Shown here: in pieces, positions 1-29,339 of the stretch
Numbering within the stretch: the stretch's first letter is position 1
Layout: every line of letters starts with the position of its first letter
Assembly (NCBI RefSeq): GCF_009914755.1
Contig: NC_060940.1
From: the human T2T-CHM13v2.0 reference genome, Homo sapiens
Strand: one strand, 5' to 3'
Length of the DNA stretch: 64,000 nucleotides
Made by a program: the position numbers and the translations under genes
The notes under the pieces: model-generated
What the model saw: only the letters and a program-made list of their open reading frames with translations
Database searches by the model: none
What the model was told of the DNA's origin: nothing

Positions 1-745
1 TGGCCTCCCAAAGTGCTGGGATTACAGGCGTAAGCCGTTGCACCCGGCAAAAACTCATTTATTTCTAGATCAGGAATTAACCTCTGGTGCCTTGACATTG
101 CCTCTTTCTCTGGTTTTACTATTTACTAACTTAGCAATTATTATGAATTTACTAATTATTACGATTGCTATTGCTATTTTAAATTATACGAGTAATGCAT
201 GATCATGGTAGAAAAAAATTCAAACTGTAAGGAAGATGTAAGAAGTACGATTCTTTTCCTCTCCCTAAAGGCTAACAATAGTTTTGTGTTTCTATGTCCT
301 GAAGCTGTTTAGGTGCATATATGCACATAAAATGTATATGTACCCACACACATATGTGTGTACATGCATACATACATGTGTGTCTTATGTTGAATACGTG
401 AGAACATATACATTCCATTTGATATTTTGCTTTTTTTTCACTTACTAATGTTGCCTGAAAAACTTTCTGTATCAGTGCCTATGTCTTCTTTTCATACTTC
501 ATAGTATGGTGTGGTTGCACCATAACTAATTTATTAATAAATATTAATTATTTATTTAGAGACAGGGTCTTGCTCTGTTGCCCAGGTTGGTATGCAGTGG
601 TGCAATCGTGTCTCTCTGTAACCTTGAAATCCTGGGCTCAAACGATCCTCCTGCCCCAGCTTCCTGAGTAGCTGGGACTATATAGGCACAGGCCACCATG
701 TCTAGATAATTTATTTTTACTTTTATTTTATTTTTAATTAATTAA

Positions 746-910
<165 letters not shown>

Positions 911-1734
911 TAAATCTTTAGTGGAGACAGGGTTTCACCATGTTGACCAGGCTGGTCTTGAACTCCTGACCTCAGGTGATCCACCTGCCTTGGCTTCCCA
1001 CAGTGCTGGAATTACATGTGAGCCACTGCCCATGGCCTTGATTATTTTGAATTAGTCTATTTAGCTAGTTCCCTATTGAAGGAAACAACCCTATTTAGGT
1101 CGTTTCAGTTTTTAAAAATACAAACAACATGGTACATGTGAGTACTTAAGAATTTTTTTAAAATGTCTGTAAGTATATACAAAGCATAACATTTTAAAAG
1201 TGGAATTGCTGGTTCAAAGTTTACATGCAAGTAAAATTTTGGTAGATTTAACCATTAGGCTTCCAATGAGGTTGTACCAATCATTGTTCCCACTGAATGT
1301 GTAATTGCATCTATTCCTGACTTCACTCCAGCTCCCCACAAAAGTCTTAGTAAACATCTCAAACTTCTGAAAGGGAATAAAAGTAGTCACTTGTTGATTA
1401 GTGACAAGTTTTTTCATTATGAGCAAGATCAGGCATGATTTTTCATGTTTAGTGACCGTTTTCCTTTTTTTTTTTTTTTTTTAATAATACATACTTGTTC
1501 TTGTCCTTTGTCCATTTTCTTATTTGCCCATTGCTTTCTTATTGGTTTGTAAGAGCTCTTTGTATATGAAGGCAACTAGCCTTTTGTCACAGTTCAAGCT
1601 TTTATGGACATGGAAAATGTTTACAATATAATGTTAAAAGGAAAAATCCTAGGATACAAATTGTATGTACACCACAAATCCAGTTCTAGCCATGTGTAAG
1701 ATGTGTACTCAGGTTGATAATGTTTTTCCTTTAG

Positions 1735-2368
<634 letters not shown>

Positions 2369-2958
2369 TGAATCACTGAGTCTTTGTGCTCAGAAGTAGA
2401 AAAAGCCTTCACATCTGCCCGGGGCCGGAAGGATGCTGGGAGCTCCGGCCTCTCTCGTTTTTCTCCCTCATCCCATCCTCACTCCCTCCCTGATTCCAGC
2501 ATCTCTGCCTCTGACCACACAAGGTCTGGACAATTCGCCCTCTGCCAACATTCTCCCACCTCTGTTTACCTAGATGGCTCCTGGCACAGCAGTTGGCGTG
2601 ACCCCCCACTGTGGGCTTTTCTGTTTTGGGGGTGCTGCTGGCCGTTCATTCAGCCTGTTTTCTTATTTAGCCATCTGTCTACAAAGAACTGGCTCTGCCC
2701 ACGGAGGCTGCTGCTTTGTGTGACGTCTCCGCCCACTGCTGAGATGCCACGAGGCCTCTGCACGCCAGCATCTGCCACCCTCATGGCTAAGAGTGGGGGA
2801 ACAGGACTCAGGCTTGGGGCCTGGCCTCTGCACACTGGCAACATTCCGACTACAACCGCCCAGTTGTGGGGGACAAGGCTGCACAGTGGGAATATTCCCT
2901 GTGGTTCCCAGGCTGCTAAAGAGAGCATGGCTGTGTTGCAAGGTCCAGGCTCTGTTAA

Positions 2959-3437
<479 letters not shown>

Positions 3438-3770
3438 TAAAGTGGGGATAATAGTGACGCCTGCCTCACAGGGGTGTGGAGAGAGCTCATTGAGACCAGG
3501 TGGCTTCTGAGAAGGTAGTGAGTGTAAGCCCATATTGTTAAGAATCCTTAGAACATCCCCAGAGGGTGGGAATTATCTTCAATTCCCAGGGTCAAAGAGG
3601 AGAAATCCCATCTCACAGTGAGATCCAGGTTTGCCTGATGATGCGTTTTCAGAACCCCCTTGGACATGGGCTGGAGAAATGAATGCATTCAGAGTCCGGT
3701 GGCTGCTGTCTGGGGCGGGGGCTTAGCCTGGTTTGGAACCACGTTTTAGAGTCAGTGAGGCAGCCAGTAA

Positions 3771-4001
<231 letters not shown>

Positions 4002-4197
4002 TGACTGGTACTCAGCCTCCGTGCATGGGAAGGAAAGGCGAGATGATAATGCTGACACATTATCTCTTGCTTATTTATTTATTTATTCATTTATTTCTGT
4101 GAGACAAAGTCTCACTCTGTCCCCCAGGCAGTGGTGTGATCCTCACTGCAACCTTCGCCTCCTGGGTTCAAGCAATTCTCCTGCCCTAGCCTCCTGA

Positions 4198-4802
<605 letters not shown>

Positions 4803-4838
4803 TGACCAGGCTGGTCCCAAATTCCTAATCTCAAGTGA

Positions 4839-4928
<90 letters not shown>

Positions 4929-5119
4929 TAACATCTTACTATTTTTCCTTTTGACTCTTCCAGGCATCTAGAAATGCTTTGAAGTGACAACCTAGCTAGG
5001 AAGAACCAGAGCTGGAAGGCTTTGGGGCTTGAGGAGGAGACATTTCTCCACTGGGCTGAGTGAGCCCACAATTACTCACAATAATTGTGATCGTAAAGGT
5101 AACAGGTGCATACATTTTG

Positions 5120-5870
5120 TATGCATTTCCAAGGGCAGTTGTAGCAAATTGGCACAATCTTGGTGGCTTAAAACAGTAGAAATGTGTTCTTTCACAGTTC
5201 TCGAGGCCAGAAGTCTGGAGTCAAGGCGTCACCAGGGCCGTGCTCCCTCTGAAAGTTCTAGGGGAGAATCCTTGCCTGCTTTTTCCAGCTTCTGGTGGAC
5301 CCAGGTGTTCCTTGGCTGGTGGCAGCTTCACTCCAGTCTCTGCCTCTCTCTTCACATGGCCTTCCCCTCTGTGTTTCTGTGTCCTCGCCTCTTCTCATAA
5401 GGACCCCAGGAGATTGGATTTAGGGCTCACCCCAAATCCAGTGTGATTTTATCTTGAGATCCTTAACTAATTAACTAATTACACCTGCACAGACTCTAGT
5501 TCCTTTTTTTTTTTTTTTTTTGAGACAGAGTCTGGCTCTGTCACCCAGGCTGGAGTGCAATGGTGTGATCTCAGCTCACTGCAACTCCGCCCCCCGCCAG
5601 GTTCAAGCGATTCTCCTGCGTCAGCCTCCTGAGTAGCTGGGACTACAGGCGTGCACCACCATGCTTGGCTAATTTTTGTACTTTTAGTAGAGATGGGGTT
5701 TCACCATGTTGGCCAGGCTGTTCTTGGAACTCCTGACCTCAAGTGATCCGCCCGCCTTGGCCTCCTGAAGTGCTGGGATTACAGGAGTGAGCCACTGCAC
5801 CCAGGCATGGGTCACATTTTAATGTCCCCATGGATATGAGTTTTGGGACACGATTCCACCCATTACAAAT
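5120..5870 (-). mobile_element. MaLR LTR (MLT1B/C-like) split by a minus-strand Alu (~5503-5806)
   Basis: ggtggcttaaaac...cacagttct...ggattggatttagggc...ccttaactaatt MLT1 hallmarks. Confidence 0.7.
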
Positions 5871-5956
5871 ATCTTTTCTGGATTTTTAAGTTAAATTGCC
5901 ACTGAAGCCTGTGCCTACGACACTTTCCAATGTCCTTTATCTAAACGTTCATCTAG

Positions 5957-6276
<320 letters not shown>

Positions 6277-6339
6277 CTATATCAAGTAGGGTAAACGCTT
6301 GACTCTCCTAAAGAACCGGCTGGCATGGTTTCTCTTAAC

Positions 6340-7507
<1,168 letters not shown>

Positions 7508-7527
7508 GGGCCAGCTGCGGTGGCTCA

Positions 7528-7830
<303 letters not shown>

Positions 7831-8059
7831 TCATTATGTTGCCCAGGCTGGTCTCAAAACTCCTGTGTTCAAGCAATCCTCCTGCCTCTGCCCCACAAAA
7901 TGCTGGGGTAATAGGTGTGAGCCACTGTGCTGGCCCTTATCCTCATTGTAACACTTCTGTTTTTCTGCCTTTCACAATAAGGGGCGTCAGCCCCTCTTGG
8001 AAGCAGGCAGGGTGTTAGTAAGTGAAGGCTGGATCGGGCCTTGGTGGGTTGCAGCCTGA

Positions 8060-8455
<396 letters not shown>

Positions 8456-8743
8456 TAAACAGCAAAGACGGAGGGTGGAGAGGGGTCCACTGTGCATATG
8501 TGCTGGGCTGGGCAGCGTGCCAGGGGCTTCATTCTCCCCCAGTTTCTACAGTGGTCTTCTGGGCCTTGAGGCAGGGCCCGTAAGCATCCCCGTTTTCTAT
8601 GCATGGGGAAACTGAGATTCAGAATGGTGGCCCCCATCGAAGCTTGTGAGCCGGTCAGGACAGAGCTGGATTTGAACCTGGGGTCCTGTCTGGCTTCTAG
8701 CTCGAAGACTTTATCCTCCCACTCCACTCAACAGTCTCCTTGA

Positions 8744-8917
<174 letters not shown>

Positions 8918-9185
8918 TGACTAATTTTTTTGTATTTTTAGTAGAGACAGGGTTTCACTGTGTTAGCCAGAATGGTCTCGGTCTCCTGACCTCGTGATCC
9001 GCCTGCCTCGGCCTCCCAAAGTGCTGGGATTACAGGCGTGAGCCACCACTCACAGCCTGACTTTGCTTTTTGAGATCAGCTCTCCACCACGAGTTCTCCC
9101 TTGGCTCTGTCATGGCACATCCAGGAACCCAGTGTCCTCTGCAGGAACCCACTGTCCTCTGACTCCCCCGCATTTCTGTTCCTGA

Positions 9186-9500
<315 letters not shown>

Positions 9501-9819
9501 TGAAGTGATCCTCCCACCTTGGCCTTCCAAAGGGTTGGGATTACAGGCGTCAGCCTCTGTTCCCAGCCTGTAAAGTGGCTTTTACAAATGGATTCTCAAA
9601 AATAATAAGGGTTTAAAAATAATGCAAACACGGATCTTGCACTTGCTATGTAGCAGGTGCCCTTCTAAGCACCTTGATTCATTTCCTCCTCCTAAACAGC
9701 CCTGTGAGACACGGGCAGGCAGGAGCTGCTGCTTCAGCTTTTCAGCCCCAAATATCCCGATCTTTGTGAAAATTAAAGTTCCTTTGCTGTTTGCAGATTT
9801 TTTTTTTTTTTTTTTTTGA

Positions 9820-10017
<198 letters not shown>

Positions 10018-10391
10018 TAGAGATTTTCTAAGGACACGTATGTTGGGGTGGAAGTGGGAATCAATCCATTAGTGTCCTGGCCGGAAGCATAATTCACCCC
10101 AGATGGCTCAAATGAGGGAGTGTCATGAAGGGATGCTTTGGAGAGGTGTGTGCAGGTTTAAGCGAACAAATCTGGGAGGTGGAGGCTCCCGGGCACCAGC
10201 CGCTGCAGTCAAACAGTTATTTTCCTAATGAATGAATACTAATGAAATGGAGGCACAGAGAGGTTCAGGACTTGACCAAGATCACACAGCAAGTGGCAGA
10301 ACTGGGATTTGAACCTTGGCCATCTGACTGTGGAGTGCATGCTCTCAGCACCTCTGCTCTATTTAGTAGTTAGCATCTTTTCAACAATTAA

Positions 10392-10520
10392 CTCATTTAT
10401 GCCTGAGGTTGCAATGTTTTGAATTTTTGCAATCAGACCTTGGTGATGACCTTGAGCAGTAGGATAGAAATAACTCCCACACGCTTAGCATTGCAATAAT
10501 GGAATGCTAGGCCTAAATGG
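10392..10520 (-). mobile_element. MER85 piggyBac (PGBD3-related) MITE
   Basis: TTAA at 10388-10391, then ctcatttatgcctgaggttgc...ctaggcctaaatgg matching recalled MER85. Confidence 0.85.
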
Positions 10521-10747
10521 CCACTTGTGATAACCAGCTATAATTGAGGGCATGTGGTGTGCCCGTCCTTGCAGAGAGCTTTGTATATACCATCTCACTT
10601 GATCCTAACAGCAGTTGCTTCAGATGAGGACTGTTACTACCTTTGCCACTGTCCTATGAGGAAGTGGGTCTGTGCCCTGACCTAAGGCTCTCAGGGGTGC
10701 AGGTGAGACTTGAATTTGGGCGCTCAGCCCTGAAGTCCACAGTCTGA

Positions 10748-11176
<429 letters not shown>

Positions 11177-12334
11177 TAGTAACTTTTTGGAGATGAAACT
11201 CACATAGCATAAAGCTCACACTTTTTAAGTATAGACTCCAGTGGTCTTTCCTGTATTCACTGAGTTAAGCAATTGTCACCACTAGCCAATCCCAGAACAT
11301 TTCTGTCGCCCCAAAAAGAACCCCCATGCCCATTATCGTGGGTCTCAAATTCCTGGGCTCAAGCGGTCCTCTTGCCTTGGCTTCCCAAAGTGTTTGTGTT
11401 ATAGGTGTGAGCCACTGCGCCTGACCTGAAATATACTCTATATTGTAACCCGGTGGGTACACGCGTGCATGCACCCATGTGCGCGCACACATACACCCAC
11501 GCCCACACACACACTCCTCTGAAACAAGGGTGCAGCCAGCCACTTGCATAGTGTGGGCAAAAGCCTGGAGGCTGGACCCAGCTTGATGCTTTGGAGGAAC
11601 TGAAGAAACAGTCCAGGGTGGCTGAGCAAAAAAGAGCAAAAGGGACGACAGCACCTGAGGAGGCTGGAAGATGTACAGGGGCAATAGGGACCCATGGAGG
11701 GTTCAGTAGCAGGGGAGGGTGGGGGACAGACTTAGGGGCCAGGAAGTTCTCTAGCTTTTGTGGGTGCTTCAAGGCTCTGTTCAGGTGAGGCTAGGGGGCA
11801 GGAGCTGCTTCTGAAGCTTTTTATCCTGAATTGTCCTAATCTCCGGGAAAATTAAGTCCACCTGCTGTTTGGGGTGGTTTTGGGAGTGCGAGCACATCAG
11901 CCGGGGTCCTGGCTGGAAGTGGACCTCACCCAGATGGTTCAAATGAGGGGTGTCCTGAAGGGGCTCCTTGCAGAGGTGTGGGCAGGGGAAGGAGAGACCC
12001 CAAGCACCAGTGACTGCAGTAAGCCTGGCCACCCCCAAGAGGAGGGAATGTCCTTGCAGAATCCTGGGGAAAGCTGGGACAGGGGTGGGGGCAGGGAGCT
12101 ACTGGGGGTCAGCCTCAGCCTCCTGGGGCCCAGCACAGCACAGAGCGCAGTGGGGCTGGGGACAGGAGAGGGCCCTGCACGGGGGGATTGCAGTTTCCTC
12201 ACCTATCTCTTGGCTTGTGGCATTCCCTGTAGAACTGGCCTGTTATCTGCCATGCCAAGGGCTCCTTCCTTCTTTCTCTCTCTCCCACTTCCTTCCTTCT
12301 TTATCAACATGTGGCTTAGAGCTCAGTGTTAAAA

Positions 12335-13075
<741 letters not shown>

Positions 13076-13080
13076 TCCAT

Positions 13081-13599
<519 letters not shown>

Positions 13600-14758
13600 T
13601 AGCTGGGAGGCTGGGATTCCTGGAGTGGGGCTGGGAGGTGGAGGGGGGCTGTGTGCGGCATGTGCACTCTGCCTAGGGCAGGTCTTGCTGGCTCTCAGCA
13701 GCCACAGGGCTTGCTTTAGAAGCTGCTTCAAAGAGAGGTGATGCTGTTCTGAGGTTGGGCCTTACTCTGGGTCCTTCAAACATAGTGAGTGAGATAGAAG
13801 TTTCTGGAAGCCTAAAGATTAGGCCAGTCAAAGGCTTACGCATTCTATATTCCCATCAAAGACATTGCCAAGCAGCAGTGAGTTAACCTGCTCATTCACT
13901 GCAGGGGAGGTGACTCGAATGTATCTGCAGCTCTGGACCCTGGAGCTGGGACTAGCCTCCAACCCACAGCCACACAGCCTGAAACGATCAGGAACCCCCT
14001 TCAAGGGAGGCAGTGTCCAGGCCCCTTTTATTGCCTCCCCTGGGGTGAAATGACAGGCTGGGGTGATCCTAGGTCACAACTCTGTCATCTCATATGGCCC
14101 CCAGTGGCCCGGGCCCTCTTTGTTTCTAACAGAAATACCAGACAGTGAGCTTGCGTCATTTCTGGATTTTAAAAAAGTCTTTTCCTAGGAATTTTTCCAG
14201 GCTTGCCTGTTCTCTCCGTTTGTGATGTGCGGCACACACGACTTATTTTTAGCAAACGGTTCTGCAGATCTGAGAGTGGCTTATGGAAAGACACTGAACA
14301 GTGTCCTGCTAATCCCAGTGTTTCTACAAGTGAAACGGGGTGGGGGTAATCATTGTTTGGTGGTGGCAGGGGGAGTTCTGCCAAGGCCTGGCCATCTAGG
14401 GTGCCTTTGGTTTGGGGAAATCTCTCGATGAGCACGGTGCAGTGACTGTTCCACCCCCGCCTGTGACGGGGAGAGGCAGCTGCTATGGGGTGCGGTGTGG
14501 AGAGGCCCCCCAGCCTGGCTGTCAGTCCGGCACCGGGGTAAAGGGACATGAGCATGGGGCTGTGACGAACGTGGGTTTGTGCCCTGGCTCACTCACTTTC
14601 TGCTGTGTGATCGTGGGCGAGTGGCCTGACTTGCCCGAGCCTCCATTCCTTCCTCTGTGAAACGGGAAGAATAATAGTCTCTACTGCATTGGTGGACCTG
14701 GGGATTAAATGGGGTCATGGAAGCCCACAGCCCATTCAGTAAGGGGTTGCAATTATGA

Positions 14759-15037
<279 letters not shown>

Positions 15038-15067
15038 TAGGTCAGGTGACCCCAAAACACAGCTTGA

Positions 15068-15719
<652 letters not shown>

Positions 15720-15773
15720 TAAGGATTCTTATGCCAGTGATCTGTTGCAGGCGAGGTCTCAGGAGAAAACTGA

Positions 15774-16190
<417 letters not shown>

Positions 16191-16460
16191 TGAGTGTCCA
16201 CTGCGTGCCAGGCTTCTGGGGATACAGCGGAGGACATACTGGGCTGCTGGTCCCCAGCCTCAGGGACCCTGCAGGACAGGGCAGAGGAAAGACACACAGG
16301 GTCTCATGTAATGAAGTGCTCACCTGCCCAATGGCAGCCGGTGCAAAATCGAGAAAGCACGGGGTGCTCTGCTGAGAGGTGGCTGGTGTCTTGGGGAGGA
16401 GCACAGGGTCTGGAACCTGAGTTTCCCCATCTGGGAAATGGGACTTCTAACAGGATCCAA

Positions 16461-17226
<766 letters not shown>

Positions 17227-17274
17227 ATTAACTCAAGCAGGGGGAAGGATGAGCATATTGGAATTTGAAGTTCA

Positions 17275-18188
<914 letters not shown>

Positions 18189-18515
18189 TCACTCTCCCTG
18201 ATCCCTCCACAAATTCTCTCTAAGCACCTGTGAGCTCCCGGCCCAAATCCCTTTCCTAATCCCCTTGGTTTGCAAATCCCACTCAGCAGAGCAAAAGCCC
18301 CACAAAATCCAGGTGTTTAAGCACCTCTGTTGTCCTGAAGTTGCGCCCCCACCCCCAGGCGTCAGCTCCTCCCCAGATTAAGAGGGAGGCTCTGGTCCCA
18401 GGGATATGGGGATAATAGCAAGGATGGCTTCCAGAGGCCCTGACAGGAGGAGTTGCTGGTGGACTGGAGAAAGGGACAGAGGGAGAAGAGCCCCAATTTC
18501 CAGGCCTGGTGATGA

Positions 18516-18773
<258 letters not shown>

Positions 18774-20080
18774 TAGGAGGGCTCCGGAGCGGGGTCCTGG
18801 GCAGGAAGGACCCTGGGGCTGATTGACAATGCAGATGCCTGGCCTCCTGTCTCCCAGCTGGGTCAGCTTCTCCCGGGGTGGGACCCCAGCATGGGTATGG
18901 TTGGAGTTCTCAGGTGACACAGCCCCGCACTAGGGTGTGAGGAGAGCCCAGCTCTGCGCGTCTAACTCTGCTTCCGAAGCAGGGATTTTCCTTCAAATGA
19001 AACCTTGGGCAGAAGCTCAACTTTTTGGAGCAGTTGGAGGGGAGGAGAAGGGGAGTCTTAAACCCTTCCATGTGGGCTTCCCCTCACTCCTAGAATTCCA
19101 TGGGAATATTTTAGAATATTCTAAAAGGGTGCTTTTTAGACAACCCTCCCCAAGTTGTTGCTTTCAGAGAGACAGGGAACTGTAATGGTTAAGACCTCCA
19201 GCACTTCCTGGTTGCTGTGTGACCTCGGGCAAATCACTTTTCCTCTTTGAGCCTCAGGTGCTTCATCCCTTAAATGGGAACCACTGGAGCCCCAGTCTTG
19301 TGGGTTTGTCATGAGGATGAGATGGCTGGGGGAAGCTGCCTGTCACCTGGGCATGCGGTGTGCATGCCACAGCAGAAATGCAGGAGAAGGTCTGGAGGCG
19401 GAGCAGGCAGTTTCTTCAAGGTTTTGCATTCTGTAAAAGCACTTACGATTTTGCACCCTGCTTCATGACGGATCTGCACTGGTTTTCATCTAAAAATGAT
19501 GCTTTAAATTCTTTCCTGTGGGGGTAAAATTAAGGCTCAAGGAAGGTGCTGAGTCTAGACCTCAAATTCCAGGTGGAGCTCCAAGGATCCCAGGAGCATG
19601 GGCACCCAGAGTGAAGAACACTGGGGCAGAGTCTTTATCCAAGGAGGGGTCCCATAGTTTGTCAGGGGGCTGGCGATTCACTCTTTGTGAAGCTGCATGT
19701 TTTGGCCATCGGTCCTCAGTGTGAGGCGACAGGCTGAGGCCCAGGGGGACACAGAGGAATAGACACAGGCATTGGAAGGTTGTCTCTGGGAGGGCTGATT
19801 CTGAGGCCGGGCATGTGGAGGCCAGAGGGGTGGGCTGGGCCAGACGCTGCACACCAACCTGTCAAGGGTGGTCACCATGAGAGGACCTTACTGCCCTGTC
19901 CTCTTGTAGCCTCATGAGAAAATCAGTTCAAAGGCTGTTTCCTGGTCGCCCTCAGGGGGCAGGTGGTGGCTCGGATCGTGGGGGGACCACACAGATAGGG
20001 TCTGCCATCATGAAGCAGAGACCAAAGGCTCACACCCAAGTATAACTATGGGCAGCGATGGATGCCATGGCCAAGGCCAC

Positions 20081-20722
20081 TGTGTTAGTCCGTTTCCACA
20101 CTGCGAGAAAGAACTACCTGAGGCCGGGTGTGGTGGCTCACGCCTGTAATCCCAGCACTTTGGGAAGCCGAGGTGGGTGGATCATCTGTGGTCAAGAGTT
20201 TGAGACCAGCCTAGCCAACATGGCGAAACCCCGTCTTTACTAAAAATACAAAAATTAGCCGGGCATGCCTATAATCCCAGCTACTCAGGAGGCTGAAGCA
20301 GGAGAATGCCTTGAACCCAGGAGGTGGAGATTGCAGTGAGCTGAGATCGCGCCACTGCACTTCAGCCTTGGCGACAGAGCGAGACTGTCTCAAAAAGAAA
20401 AAGGAAAAAAAAAAAAACCTACCTGAGACTGGGTAATTTATAAAGAAAGGAGGTTTAATTGACTCACGGTTCTGCATGACTGGGGAAGCCTCAGGAAACT
20501 TACTATCATGGCGGAAGGCAAAGGGTCAGGAGAGAGAGAGAGCAGAGGAAGCCACACACTTTTACACCATCAGACCTCATGAGAACTCATTCACTATCGC
20601 GAGAAGACCATGGGGGAAACTGCCCCCATGATCCAATCACCTCCCACCAGGTCCCTCCCTCAACACTTGGGGATTACAATTTGAGATGAGATTTACTTGG
20701 GCCATAGAGCCAAACCGTATCA
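20081..20722 (-). mobile_element. MST/THE1 MaLR solo LTR with an internal Alu (~20122-20417)
   Basis: tgtgttagtcc...aaaccgtatca ends; perfect 5-bp TSD gccac. Confidence 0.8.
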
Positions 20723-20854
20723 GCCACCCAGCCAGGAGGTGCTCAGGGACGTAACCTAGAGCCTTGCCAGAGCACAGGACGGGCCTGGCCTAGGGTTGGG
20801 AGAGAGGGTGGGGGAAGTAATATGGAACGTGACACTGGACTGAGATCTAAGTAG

Positions 20855-21623
<769 letters not shown>

Positions 21624-22144
21624 TAGCAAGGAGAATGAAATAAAAGGAACAATTCAGTGCCTCAGTCGCATGGGCCACATTTCAAGTGATGAGCAGCCCA
21701 TGTGGCCAGTGGCTGGTGTGTTGGACTGTGCAGGTGTACAGCACGTTCATCGCAGGAAGTTCTTGGAGGGTGGGCATGGTGCCTCACGCCTGTAATCCAA
21801 GTGCTTTGGGAGGCCGAGTCACGAGGATCTCCTGATCCCAGGAGTTTGAGACCAGCCTGGGCAGCATAGTGAGAGCCCCGTCTCTATACAAGAAAAGAAA
21901 GTTCTCGAGGATGGCGCTGCCCTGAGGTTTGGAGTAGGAGTTAACCAGACAGCTGGGGGAGGAGAGAATGGGCTTCTGCCTCAGGCTCAGCGCACACGAA
22001 GGCCACTGCAAGAGCTAGGAGGAGGACCATGGAATTTGAGTGCAAAGAGTAAGGAGGGAGTGAGACTGGAGACAGGGCCGGGGACTCCCTGGGCTGTGGC
22101 GGCCTTAGGGCCATGCAAGGGCCTCAGGCCAGGGGAGCCCCTGA

Positions 22145-26700
<4,556 letters not shown>

Positions 26701-27051
26701 GCTATCATTAGTGTATTTTATGTGTGGCCCAAGACAATTCTTCTTGTTCCAATGTGGTCCAGGGAAGCCAAAAGATTGGACACCCTTGCTTTAGAGCATT
26801 TGCAACCGGAGTGATATCACCCCCAAGGGGCTGCATATCTGTTTAATGCAGGTATAATTGTGTATCATATATATTGTATACATATGTAATGGATTGGATA
26901 GCATGTCCCCAAATTCATGTCCACCTAGAACCTTAGAATGTGACCTCATTTGGAAATAAGGTTTTTGCAGGTGTAATTAGTTAAGGTTCTCAAGATTGGT
27001 TATTGGGCCGTGTGAGGGAGGATCACAATTTTTATATATAAAGCAGAAATA

Positions 27052-27388
<337 letters not shown>

Positions 27389-29339
27389 TCACCATGGAGG
27401 TAGGGCCCTGCTCCTTCTGAAGGCTGTAGGGGAGGACCCTTCCTTGCCTCTTCCAGCGTCTAGTGGCACCTCGTGGCTTGTGGTTGCATCACTCCAGTCT
27501 CTGCCTCCATCATCATATGGCCTTCCTCTCTCTCTGTGTCTCCTCTTCTTGTAGGGATGCCAGTCATTGGATTTAGGACCCATCCTAAGTCCAGTATAAC
27601 GTCTTGAGATCCTTAACTAATTCCACCTGCAAAGATCTTACTTCCAAGCGAGGTCACATTTTAAGGTTCCGGATGGACATGAATTTTGGGGCATGCTACT
27701 CAACTTATTATGTATGCATACAATAGCTAACCAGATACACAGTTATATCTGCATTAAACAGATATGAAAATCCCTGGTGCCCATCTCTCCTGGGCTGCCC
27801 TGCCCTCCCCCTGGGGTTTTACCAAAGTGCCAGACCTGGTGTCCTGGAGAGCTGCATCCCAAAACAGCCACAGTCCTGACGTCAGAAGGTTGTGATGAAC
27901 CCTGTCCAGGGTGCCACCTGTCCTTCCCGTGAGCTCTCTTGGGGCACGGAGAGTGGAGCTGGCTGCCACACAGATCCTGGGACTCTGAAAAGCCTTCGTC
28001 GTTTTGGAGCTGGTGGCTGGGGTTGTCATTTGTGAGAGCAGAGCAGGTGTGGTGTTTTGTGTGATGGCACGAGGGCCATCTGTCCACCCAGCTTCTGCTC
28101 CCCAGCCCTGCCCAGCACAGCTCGTCAGGGGAGAGGAGGCGGCTTGCACTTGCGTGTGTTCATGGGCGGTGACTCTTCCGTGGATTTCTCTGGAACTGTG
28201 GGTGGCGGGTTTCAAAGGAACAGCCAGCTGACTCGTGGGTGCGGCGGGTATCGAGAAAGAACAGCCCTGTGGGGGAAGATGGAGCTCCGGAGGGTGGGCG
28301 GGAGCTGGGATCAGGCCTGAGCTGTGGGGCCCTGCTGATGCCTGTCTCAGCCACAGCGCTTTCCTTGGAGGCCTCCTGGGGCCTGGACCCAGAGCGAGCA
28401 AAACATGCCCAGGGCTCCCTGTGGCCCAGAGGCTGCCTCTGGGATCAGTTCTTGGGGCACAGACCCCTGGGACCTCTGCGGAGCCAGGTTGGACGCAAGC
28501 AGCTGCAGTGGGAGCTGGGGTAGGGCCTGGGAGGAAGGGAGCCCAGGGCCTCCAGGGATGTCAGAGGCTGTGGCTACCAACTTCTCCCTCTCACTTCCCT
28601 GCCTCCCTTAGTGCCCAGCCCCCAACAAGGCATTTTGGAGGAATGCGGATCCCCAAAAGTCACATTTTTTTTTGAGACAGGGTCTCACTCTGTCACCCAG
28701 GCTGGAGTGCGGTGGCATGATCATGGTTCACTGTAGCCTCAACCTGCCGGGCTCAAGCGACCCTCCCACCTCAGCCCCAAATAGCTGGAACCACAGGTGT
28801 GCGCCACCATGCCTAATTCTTGTATTTTTTTGTAGCGGCGGGGCCATGTTGCCCAAGCTGGCAAAAAGCACAATTTGAAACCTCTAAGCCAGGATTTTTT
28901 TTTTTTTCCGGACACAGACTGCTTGGAGAATCCCATGAGAACTCAGGACACACACACGAATTTCATTTGTTTTGGGGCCCCAAAGAGTCCTTGAAAGCCC
29001 ACCCATTGACGCCAGGATGGGAACCTTTCTGGGGTCTTTCCGAATACTAAAGTTCTGTGCAGAGCACCCCAGAAGCTGAGACGTGTCACCATGGCGATGG
29101 CCCAGCATGTGGAACTCTCAGGGTTCCCAGTTGAGCTGCAGAGACTTCAGTGTGCAGTCCAAGACCACCGTGCCTGTGCCTGGGGGTCTTGAGTCACTAC
29201 TGTGGGTGGGGGAGGGGACCCTTATGCTGCTGGGATCGGAGCACATGAATCCCCAGCCGGCTTGCCTGCAGTTTGATGACTTTAGCTCTTGTATATTTGT
29301 GTCCCCACCAGCACCATAGGTTGGTACTGGAATCTCAGA

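Noticed and set aside
313-361. 14- and 16-bp perfect palindromes (gtgcatatatgcac, acacacatatgtgtgt)
   Set aside because: Expected by chance in alternating purine-pyrimidine low-complexity sequence; same for 11455-11515.
27754-28675. Overlapping 146-215 aa ORFs between SEC14L5 and NAGPA
   Set aside because: Low-complexity Pro/Gly/Ala/Ser products on both strands; no splice or domain evidence.
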